Positions 1 to 5,624 of a stretch of 20,000 bases of DNA are shown in pieces. Location: IMG/VR virus record IMGVR_UViG_3300031974_001636; one strand, 5' to 3'. A program made the position numbers and the translations under genes. The notes under the pieces were generated by a model that worked only from the letters and a program-made list of their open reading frames with translations, did no database searches and was not told the origin of the DNA. The stretch is from an uncultured virus (IMG/VR IMGVR_UViG_3300031974_001636). Its lineage: Duplodnaviria; Heunggongvirae; Uroviricota; Caudoviricetes; Kyanoviridae. Numbering within the stretch: the stretch's first letter is position 1; each line of letters starts with the position of its first letter.

Positions 1-28
1 ACCTACCGCTAGGGAGTCGTTTGAGCAT
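1..28 (-). CDS. 5' end of a gene running off the window (MLKRLPSGR...)
   Basis: ATG at 28, downstream of the promoter at 57-114 and an AAGGA RBS-like motif; only 9 codons visible. Confidence 0.35.
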
Positions 29-203
29 CGTTTGAGTCGTTTCCTTTGACTCTTATATAGTCGCACATTTTGGCGGCAGAGTCAAGGGGTTGGTGACAGT
101 TCTCCAAGTGGCACAAATACTCTTCCATTAACAAGCGCATTTGTGGATCCTCAGGCATATTGGAGCGGATAATCTCATGCAGCATTGATTTGATTAAACT
201 CAT
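9..203 (-). CDS. small hypothetical protein (start may be ATG 185)
   Basis: ORF track; overlaps the end of the upstream gene; C-terminus reads through the promoter cassette, so it may be partly spurious. Confidence 0.35.
   Translation of the reverse strand: MSLIKSMLHEIIRSNMPEDPQMRLLMEEYLCHLENCHQPLDSAAKMCDYIRVKGNDSNDAQTTP
57..114 (-). promoter_or_regulatory. early-type sigma70 promoter cassette with upstream palindrome
   Basis: Minus strand: GTGCCACTTGGAGAACTGTCAC (93-114), 7 nt, TTGACT (80-85), 17 nt ending GTGC, GACTAT (57-62), then ATAAGAGTCAAAGGA. Confidence 0.7.
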
Positions 204-423
204 TGATTAGATCGCGAAACTCTTGTTCAGTGATCTCATTGTACTCGTTACCTGTCAGAATGGCAACGCAATTATTAGGATTGATTACAAACCAATGACG
301 TACAATGTCATCAGGATAGTATTTCACCTCACGGTGAAGTTCAAACCCTAGGTAATTCCAAACCAGTGAAGTGTTGTCTAGTGGGTATGCACCAGCGTTC
401 TCACGATCATAAACAAAGTTCAT
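175..423 (-). CDS. hypothetical protein, 82 aa, translationally coupled to the HicA-like gene
   Basis: ATG overlaps the upstream TGA (ATGA at 420-423). Confidence 0.7.
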   Translation of the reverse strand: MNFVYDRENAGAYPLDNTSLVWNYLGFELHREVKYYPDDIVRHWFVINPNNCVAILTGNEYNEITEQEFRDLINEFNQINAA

Positions 424-614
424 ACTACGGTTCCCAATGTGCGTCGGATTTGTCTAGTGATCTGTGCGGTGGCATAGTTATCACTAGGAGTCTTACTAGT
501 TGTCATCACCACACCTGTGTGATGTTTCCAGATGAAGTGTTTAGTTTCCCTAGCAAGTTCAAACCCATTGCGTTCCATGATAACACGGATTGTCTTCATT
601 TGATTCTTTGCCAT
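420..614 (-). CDS. HicA-like (dsRBD-fold) small basic protein, 64 aa
   Basis: From ATG 614: MAKNQMKTIRVIMERNGFELARETKHFIWKHHTGVVMTTSKTPSD...; GF-x3-R-x-TKH-x2-W-x-H and TPSD pattern typical of HicA-type proteins. Confidence 0.6.
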   Translation of the reverse strand: MAKNQMKTIRVIMERNGFELARETKHFIWKHHTGVVMTTSKTPSDNYATAQITRQIRRTLGTVV

Positions 615-621
615 GACAATC

Positions 622-1008
622 TCAGCGGACGTAGAGGTAACCACCTGCCCAATCGCAGCGTTCCAAACACAACTCACGATTCATGTCGTTGAGTAGATTG
701 TAACGCACGATCTTTGCAGGTGCTTTGAATGATGCAGGTTTGTAGACTTCGCCAGTCTTCTTATCAACGAAGGCGTGAACACTGCGAGACCCGCTATCAG
801 TCTCCATGATAATCTTGTGGTACTTACGACCACTCTCAATGTAAAACTTATAGCAAGGTGCATCGTAGCGACCAATTCTGCCGTGATTGCGTGACTTAAA
901 GTTTTGCACCAATGCTTCACACAGCATCTGAGAATACCTGAGCACGTTGTTAGTGTCGTCCATGCGTTGTTGTTGAGTAGAAGCGAAGTCAGCGAAGGAT
1001 TGTTTCAA
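622..1008 (-). CDS. conserved phage hypothetical protein, 128 aa
   Basis: TTG start with GAGG RBS; GRKYHKI...SVHAFVDKKTGEVYKPAS.KAPAK.VRY...DWAGGYLY signature recalled from T4-like cyanophage early genes. Confidence 0.8.
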   Translation of the reverse strand: MKQSFADFASTQQQRMDDTNNVLRYSQMLCEALVQNFKSRNHGRIGRYDAPCYKFYIESGRKYHKIIMETDSGSRSVHAFVDKKTGEVYKPASFKAPAKIVRYNLLNDMNRELCLERCDWAGGYLYVR

Positions 1009-1011
1009 GAA

Positions 1012-1137
1012 TCAGTCCTCAATAAGTTGAGCAATGTGATCGTCAGTTTGTCCTAGGACATCACCGACCCACTCATCTTCGTCCAGTTGAGCAACATCAA
1101 AGATCTCGCCTGGCATGTCTTGAATCTCATCCCACAT
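1012..1137 (-). CDS. small very acidic protein, 41 aa (not in ORF track)
   Basis: Own translation MWDEIQDMPGEIFDVAQLDEDEWVGDVLGQTDDHIAQLIED*; AAGGAG RBS; first gene after the promoter at 1165-1223. Confidence 0.75.
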   Translation of the reverse strand: MWDEIQDMPGEIFDVAQLDEDEWVGDVLGQTDDHIAQLIED

Positions 1138-1164
1138 AATTGTGCTCCTTTGTTTGACTCTTAT

Positions 1165-1223
1165 AGTATGGCACCAATCAAGGCGCATTGCAAGCGATGG
1201 TGGACAGTTTGACCAACTGGCAC
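1165..1223 (-). promoter_or_regulatory. early-type sigma70 promoter cassette with upstream palindrome
   Basis: Minus strand: GTGCCAGTTGGTCAAACTGTCCAC (1200-1223), TTGCAA (1188-1193), 17 nt ending GTGC, CATACT (1165-1170), then ATAAGAGTCAAA. Confidence 0.75.
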
Positions 1224-1597
1224 ATGCCCAAATTTTGTAATGATTTGATACCTACGGTCTGTTTCATTACATCACCGCGCATGAGTTGTTTAACATCAGC
1301 GATGATAAATTCATCGCTCTCAGTATCATGAATGGCAATGTAATCAAACTCTTTCCCTGTGTAATTACCAGTGCCTTTGTTACGCTTACGACGCAAATCT
1401 AAGTTGTAAGGGTTATACTTCTTAGATTTTGTGTGTCGCTTCACTTGTATCCTAGCACCAGTAGATGCGATCATAAAATCCCATCCAGTATCCAGAGTTG
1501 GGGAGATAAGTGATAGTGCCTCATCATCCACTAATTCATACCAGCGAGCAGCAAATAGCATTTCGCTGGCAAGACCTCTAAGGCGATGATTCTTCAT
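1178..1597 (-). CDS. PD-(D/E)XK endonuclease, I-Ssp6803I/PDDEXK_5-like (putative free-standing homing endonuclease)
   Basis: N-terminal GLASE helix, GWDFM, IQVK catalytic motif, basic patch, Y...EFDYIAIHD; 139 aa. Confidence 0.7.
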   Translation of the reverse strand: MKNHRLRGLASEMLFAARWYELVDDEALSLISPTLDTGWDFMIASTGARIQVKRHTKSKKYNPYNLDLRRKRNKGTGNYTGKEFDYIAIHDTESDEFIIADVKQLMRGDVMKQTVGIKSLQNLGMCQLVKLSTIACNAP

Positions 1598-1612
1598 TCA
1601 ACTAGCACAAGG

Positions 1613-1642
1613 GGGCAGAGTTTGGGCAGAGTGGGGCAGAGT
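1613..1642. repeat. three direct repeats of GGGCAGAGT
   Basis: Copies at 1613-1621, 1624-1632, 1634-1642 (period 11 and 10 bp). Confidence 0.9.
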
Positions 1643-1744
1643 GGCAAAATATCACCCGAGACCCACCTGAGACCCCAGTCAGGGACTGGATTCTAAAACG
1701 TGAAAAATCCATCACGGGATCTGGGGGGTGTGGTAGGTCATGCC
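1643..1744 (-). other. GC-rich intergenic structured element (candidate ncRNA or cis-element)
   Basis: Nested complementary segments GACCUACC/GGUGGGUC and AGAUCC/GGGUCU enclosing hairpins CGUGA/UCACG and CCAGUC/GACUGG. Confidence 0.4.
1654..1675. repeat. tandem 11-bp repeat ACCYGAGACCC x2
   Basis: ACCCGAGACCC (1654-1664) followed by ACCTGAGACCC (1665-1675). Confidence 0.85.
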
Positions 1745-1756
1745 GCGCAAACGAAA

Positions 1757-2356
1757 TTAAAGGTTTTTCAGTTTTTGATAGAATGGGTTGCACACTTTGT
1801 AGTTACCCTTGACGTGAGACTTGTCAAGGAGAGTATCATTCATGTGATGCACAATCAAACTGGGGTGATCAATCCAATCAGCATATGTCCACCCGCACGA
1901 TCTCACATAGCGGTTGCCCTGCTCCTCACAAATCGTGCTAATCTGTTTGTCAAGTCTGTCAGCAATCGCCTCAAACTTGAACTCAATAACATACACCAAC
2001 ACACCGCCCACAAAGAGTGACTGAATGATGGGGAGGTTTGCCTCTTTGTCCTTCAGGAATCGTGCTCTTGTGTAATCATTAAAACAACCACTTCCATTTG
2101 TAGTCTTGCCCGTGTAATTCTTTGGTTTAACTTCCTTCTCTTCGCCCGTGAGTTTGTGTTTAGCATCACGACCCAATTTACCAGGGATGGCATCACACCT
2201 CGCAACTTCTGCGGTGATGTATTCTCGTAGCGTTGAAGAGTTACTGTCATTCATGTAGAGAGTGTAGAGTTCTTCAAATAGATCTCCCTGCCCTACGATG
2301 GGACAACCCAGGGCACGATCTACACACAGAAAGAGAAGGTCTTTAGAGATTTCCAT
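1757..2356 (-). CDS. putative PD-(D/E)XK-family nuclease, 199 aa
   Basis: Ordered LRE ... GRDA ... EVKP motif fits the E...D...(D/E)xK catalytic pattern; starts 2 nt after the helicase stop. Confidence 0.5.
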   Translation of the reverse strand: MEISKDLLFLCVDRALGCPIVGQGDLFEELYTLYMNDSNSSTLREYITAEVARCDAIPGKLGRDAKHKLTGEEKEVKPKNYTGKTTNGSGCFNDYTRARFLKDKEANLPIIQSLFVGGVLVYVIEFKFEAIADRLDKQISTICEEQGNRYVRSCGWTYADWIDHPSLIVHHMNDTLLDKSHVKGNYKVCNPFYQKLKNL

Positions 2357-2358
2357 GA

Positions 2359-3606
2359 TCAGCAGAAAGCGATAGCGGGGACACCTTTGACGAAGATAGT
2401 ATCAACCAAGGACTGAAGTCGCTTGGCAGTACGCACACCAGCACCATAACCTGAGGTCATGGGAACAGTCACATAACCACACGGTTTGTTGTAGTTAGCG
2501 AACACGCCTGGTTGCAACGAACCGTCACGCATTGCAGCAACGTCATCACGATCAGTACGAATCACGCGACCGATAGTCTGTGCCATCTCAATCGTGGGGA
2601 GGTTACGCAACAAAATGCAGTGCGAAAGACCAGGGACGTTGATACCCTCAGACAGGATAGAATAGTGGAAGACGATAAACTTGCGAGTCTTATCGCGACC
2701 CCACTCATCAAGAGTCTGGAAGAATTGTTCGCGTGTGACTTTAGTCTGGTTGACATATGCACCATGCTTAGATGTAATGTGCATGACATCATAACCACGC
2801 TGTTTGATCTCTTCCAGAACATATGACTCAGAAAGCATACGCCACAGCACACGGGTGTTAGGTGCAGCGACTAGAACTTTCTGAGACTTGTCATCATCAA
2901 GACGGTCAAGGATGCCTAGGATGTTGTCAGCATCCAGCATAGGTGCGTTCTCTTTAGTACGAATCTCGTCGGTCTCGTAAGGTACAACAACGGGAGGAAC
3001 AATGCTGCCGCTGCTGATAAGTTCAGGAGCAGCAGTTGACTCTAGAACAGGACCGAACACGTCGGTATTGTTCATGCCACGCTTGTAACCTGTGCTACGA
3101 TCATGCTTAGGAGTAGCAGTCACAAAGAAGCGACGAGTTGCATACTGAGAGACAGCAAATACACTGGTGAAGAAGTGACGACCAGTGGCATTGTGTGCCT
3201 CGTCAAAATAGATAGTGTCAATTTCTAGACCGCTGTCAACAACACGACCGAGAGAATGGTAGGTGGTGAAGATCATCGTGTGCTTCTGATTGACCTGCCA
3301 GAGAGTCACACAGGAGCGAATCTCAGCAGGTTTGGTGCTGCTGAAGTGTGCAGTTTCGCCACTGTGAACGTGTGCAATCTGTGCATCAGTGATAAACTCA
3401 CAGAACTCAGACTGGAGTTGATTAGCGAGCAGAATACGAGGGGCGACAACAACAAACACAGAAGGTTTGTCAACTTGACGCAACCGACGCATGAGATCTG
3501 CGATGATGATGTAAGTCTTACCGCCGCCAGTTGGGCAGTAGATTTGTCCCGCAGTAGCAGACTCCATAGAGTCAAATGCACGCTGCTGATGTGGACGGAG
3601 TTGCAT
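2359..3606 (-). CDS. superfamily 2 (DEAH / ResIII-like) helicase, 415 aa
   Basis: Q-motif LRPHQ, Walker A PTGGGKT, Ia APRILLANQ, DEAH, motif III TAT, motif V LSEGINVP, motif VI QTIGRVIR; AAGGA RBS. Confidence 0.92.
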   Translation of the reverse strand: MQLRPHQQRAFDSMESATAGQIYCPTGGGKTYIIIADLMRRLRQVDKPSVFVVVAPRILLANQLQSEFCEFITDAQIAHVHSGETAHFSSTKPAEIRSCVTLWQVNQKHTMIFTTYHSLGRVVDSGLEIDTIYFDEAHNATGRHFFTSVFAVSQYATRRFFVTATPKHDRSTGYKRGMNNTDVFGPVLESTAAPELISSGSIVPPVVVPYETDEIRTKENAPMLDADNILGILDRLDDDKSQKVLVAAPNTRVLWRMLSESYVLEEIKQRGYDVMHITSKHGAYVNQTKVTREQFFQTLDEWGRDKTRKFIVFHYSILSEGINVPGLSHCILLRNLPTIEMAQTIGRVIRTDRDDVAAMRDGSLQPGVFANYNKPCGYVTVPMTSGYGAGVRTAKRLQSLVDTIFVKGVPAIAFC

Positions 3607-3628
3607 GTAATTCCTTGACTATGAATAT

Positions 3629-3686
3629 AGTATTGCACAAAAAAAGACCCCTGTCAAGGGGTCTGTGCCACTATGATCACTGTCAC
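3629..3686 (-). promoter_or_regulatory. early-type sigma70 promoter cassette with upstream palindrome
   Basis: Minus strand: GTGACAGTGATCATAGTGGCAC (3665-3686), 7 nt, TTGACA (3652-3657), 17 nt ending GTGC, AATACT (3629-3634), then AGTCAAGGA. Confidence 0.8.
3639..3664 (-). terminator. intrinsic terminator overlapping the promoter
   Basis: AGACCCC-TTGACA-GGGGTCT stem-loop followed by a U-run, just after the stop of 3683-3985. Confidence 0.8.
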
Positions 3687-3985
3687 ACAAAGAACTGTTC
3701 TAGTCCTTTTAGGTTCAGTTGCATAGCACTATAAGGAGATGTGTCCTCCAATTTAACAACATCTCCCACAGTCTTAGGATTCACTGGCGCGTGGTAGTTT
3801 CCAGTTTTGGTGTTGTAGAATCCCCAGATACAGCGACATTCACTGCCACCATTGTAGACAAACCCAGGATTAGAAACAGTCCAAATTGCAAGAACATTAT
3901 TCTTAAAGCGAACTGTCTCGTATCGGTATCCTCTCGGGGGAGGATGTGGGGTAATTTGTTCACAAACATGAGTAGGAGTAGGCAT
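3683..3985 (-). CDS. conserved cyanophage hypothetical protein, ~100 aa
   Basis: PHPPPRGYRYE...CIWGFYNTKT..YHAPVN...VGD.V...TSPYSAM motifs recalled from cyanomyoviruses; likely start ATG 3985. Confidence 0.8.
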   Translation of the reverse strand: MPTPTHVCEQITPHPPPRGYRYETVRFKNNVLAIWTVSNPGFVYNGGSECRCIWGFYNTKTGNYHAPVNPKTVGDVVKLEDTSPYSAMQLNLKGLEQFFV

Positions 3986-4166
3986 CACGAATACCAAGGA
4001 CTTCAGTGAGTTCGTCTATTTTAGCAAACTCTTTGTTATATTCACGTTCACTGATAGATTTGTCTGCATAAAAAGACTTTTGCAAGTCACAGATTTTCAG
4101 GAACAGACACTGTTTTAGAATGGACTTTTGCTCTGGGGTCAACATTGCTGTTTTGATGACTGTCAT
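3960..4166 (-). CDS. hypothetical protein, 68 aa
   Basis: ORF track; ATGA coupling with the upstream stop at 4163-4166. Confidence 0.7.
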   Translation of the reverse strand: MTVIKTAMLTPEQKSILKQCLFLKICDLQKSFYADKSISEREYNKEFAKIDELTEVLGIRDAYSYSCL

Positions 4167-4342
4167 TGGTGGCGGCGCAATTCGGGGAGGTAGTTAAGAA
4201 CTATCTCACGGATTTCCATCAGTTCATGATAACACTTCTGATTGTGGGCGCATTGACGAAGTTTGCTGTCGGGTTTCAATACAGATTCAATGAAAAGGTC
4301 TAACCCTCGGTTGAACTTATCGTCTTTGCTTTCGCCGTCCAT
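4163..4342 (-). CDS. small conserved cyanophage hypothetical protein, 59 aa (not in ORF track)
   Basis: Own translation MDGESKDDKFNRGLDLFIESVLKPDSKLRQCAHNQKCYHELMEIREIVLNYLPELRRHQ*; GGAG RBS; follows the promoter at 4366-4394. Confidence 0.8.
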   Translation of the reverse strand: MDGESKDDKFNRGLDLFIESVLKPDSKLRQCAHNQKCYHELMEIREIVLNYLPELRRHQ

Positions 4343-4365
4343 TTGGATCTCCGTTTGACTGACTT

Positions 4366-4394
4366 ATTTTATCTAGGTGGTCAGGGTTTGTCCA
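4366..4394 (-). promoter_or_regulatory. sigma70-type promoter
   Basis: TGGACA (4389-4394), 17 nt, TAAAAT (4366-4371); leader contains AGTCAA. Confidence 0.7.
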
Positions 4395-4414
4395 TGGAGC
4401 AAACCTTAAGAATC

Positions 4415-4567
4415 TTAGTAATCTACGGTGTATTCACATTCCACCTCTAATCCTGTGAGGTCATCATAGACAACCTCATCATCTTCCAGCATTAGTTCTT
4501 CAAGTTCGTCAAACAAGTCTTTTCCCCCATCAATAACAGTAAGAATTTCGCGTGGAAGATATGTCAT
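4415..4567 (-). CDS. small very acidic protein, 50 aa (not in ORF track)
   Basis: Own translation MTYLPREILTVIDGEKDLFDELEELMLEDDEVVYDDLTGLEVECEYTVDY*; ATGA overlap with 4564-4752. Confidence 0.7.
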   Translation of the reverse strand: MTYLPREILTVIDGGKDLFDELEELMLEDDEVVYDDLTGLEVECEYTVDY

Positions 4568-4752
4568 TGTTGCCAATCCTCGTAATACTCGGTGTCTTTG
4601 CTTTTTTTATTCTTAGTAGTAGACTTGTGACTGTCGTTGTAATCATAAGCGTCCCAGTTGGATCGCTTAGTGTTACCACGTTGACGTTTTTCACGGAGAG
4701 ATTTCCCGTAGGAATTGTAATCGTCTCCACCTCGGCGGTAAGTACGTCCCAT
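4564..4752 (-). CDS. small K/R-rich, probably disordered protein, 62 aa
   Basis: MGRTYRRGG...KSLREKRQR; downstream of a late-promoter motif at 4789-4796. Confidence 0.7.
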   Translation of the reverse strand: MGRTYRRGGDDYNSYGKSLREKRQRGNTKRSNWDAYDYNDSHKSTTKNKKSKDTEYYEDWQQ

Positions 4753-4788
4753 TGCTAGTAATCTATATTTGGAATTAAGGATCGTGAG

Positions 4789-4796
4789 TATTTATC
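4789..4796 (-). promoter_or_regulatory. T4-type late promoter
   Basis: GATAAATA (T4 gp55 consensus TATAAATA), 37 nt upstream of ATG 4752. Confidence 0.6.
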
Positions 4797-5040
4797 AATC
4801 AGAAGTGTGCGAGAATGACACCACATCATAAGGAGAATCTTCGCTCAGAAACTCTGGCGCAGCAGTTTTCTCAGCGTAGGTCTCTTCCTCAGTGTTGTAG
4901 GTTTGGATCTCATCAAAGACGAAACCTACACCACGCAGAAAGTCACCAGTCTGCTGAACTACATCGTCCAAAAACATACCCTCAAACTTTTTTTGGGTCT
5001 TGGTGCCGTCATCGTCGCGGCAGGTGAGAGTAAATTGCAT
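4795..5040 (-). CDS. conserved phage hypothetical protein, 81 aa
   Basis: F...LDDVV....DFLRGVGF motif recalled from T4-like phage small proteins; acidic tail. Confidence 0.75.
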   Translation of the reverse strand: MQFTLTCRDDDGTKTQKKFEGMFLDDVVQQTGDFLRGVGFVFDEIQTYNTEEETYAEKTAAPEFLSEDSPYDVVSFSHTSD

Positions 5041-5053
5041 GTCATGAATTGAA

Positions 5054-5117
5054 GACCCCCATAGTATAGAACCATGGGGGTCGTTCTGTCAACCTGTACC
5101 AGTCAGAAAAGTGGATC
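5054..5117 (-). promoter_or_regulatory. sigma70-type promoter with the -10 inside a stem-loop
   Basis: TTGACA (5087-5092), 18 nt, TATACT (5063-5068); GACCCCCAT/ATGGGGGTC inverted repeat (5054-5082); degenerate upstream palindrome GATCCACTTTTCTGACTGGTAC (5096-5117). Confidence 0.7.
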
Positions 5118-5595
5118 AGATGAACTGACGGGTGAAAAGTCCCTGTGCGTGTCCTTCACCGCCGATGATTGTCCAGACGCTACCTGCATCAATGGTAACT
5201 GTTCTGGCGGCGTTGATAGTCAGAGGACCAATGCTCATGGCATTTGCAAACTCGGGGTCAGGATTGCTGATTGCTCCGATGTCAAGATCCTCATCAATTA
5301 CAGCAGCATTAGTTCTAACAATAGATTTCTCACCTAGAGATGCACCACCACCGCCAACTGCTGCCCATCCTGCCTGCCCTTGTCTGGCGTCAGCAACATA
5401 AATCTGTGCCTGATCTTCCTCTTGGTTGAAGACAATCGTGCCGATGGCAGGTGAACCAAATGCACTGTCAATCGCAGTCTGGTCAGTGTACTTGGGCAGT
5501 TCCAAATAGGAACCAGTACCCTGCAACTGAAGGATCTTAATCAGTGCCTCAGTTGTGGTATCAATGTTATTGCCATTGATCTTAGTGAGTGCCAT
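5116..5595 (-). CDS. virion structural / tail-fibre-associated protein, 159 aa
   Basis: MALTKI start; GTIVFN...IY...W..VGGG motif; C-terminal NAMSIGPLTI...TVTI..GSVWTI motif common in phage fibre genes. Confidence 0.7.
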   Translation of the reverse strand: MALTKINGNNIDTTTEALIKILQLQGTGSYLELPKYTDQTAIDSAFGSPAIGTIVFNQEEDQAQIYVADARQGQAGWAAVGGGGASLGEKSIVRTNAAVIDEDLDIGAISNPDPEFANAMSIGPLTINAARTVTIDAGSVWTIIGGEGHAQGLFTRQFI

Positions 5596-5617
5596 ATTGC
5601 TTTACCGATTCCGTTAC

Positions 5618-5624
5618 TATTTAG
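5618..5624 (-). promoter_or_regulatory. late promoter-like motif
   Basis: CTAAATA overlapping the upstream stop, 23 nt before ATG 5595. Confidence 0.45.

Noticed and set aside
14..42. Imperfect triple repeat GAGTCGTTT / GAGCATCGTTT / GAGTCGTTT
   Set aside because: Short, at the window edge and spanning a putative start codon; cannot be distinguished from slippage
1613..1675. Possible mini-CRISPR array
   Set aside because: Repeats are only 9-11 bp with 0-2 bp gaps; no spacers and no cas genes
1178..1756. Group I intron around the PD-(D/E)XK endonuclease
   Set aside because: No interrupted host gene and no recognisable P7/core motifs; the flanking non-coding sequence is too short
1602..1793. 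63-aa minus-strand ORF spanning the repeat element
   Set aside because: Overlaps the nuclease gene out of frame, has no clear RBS, and its HSAPLCPNSAPLC tail merely translates the DNA repeats; not fully excluded
2359..3606. Calling the helicase UvsW or a type III restriction Res subunit
   Set aside because: It starts directly at the Q-motif without a UvsW N-terminal region, has no fused nuclease domain, and no Mod gene is adjacent
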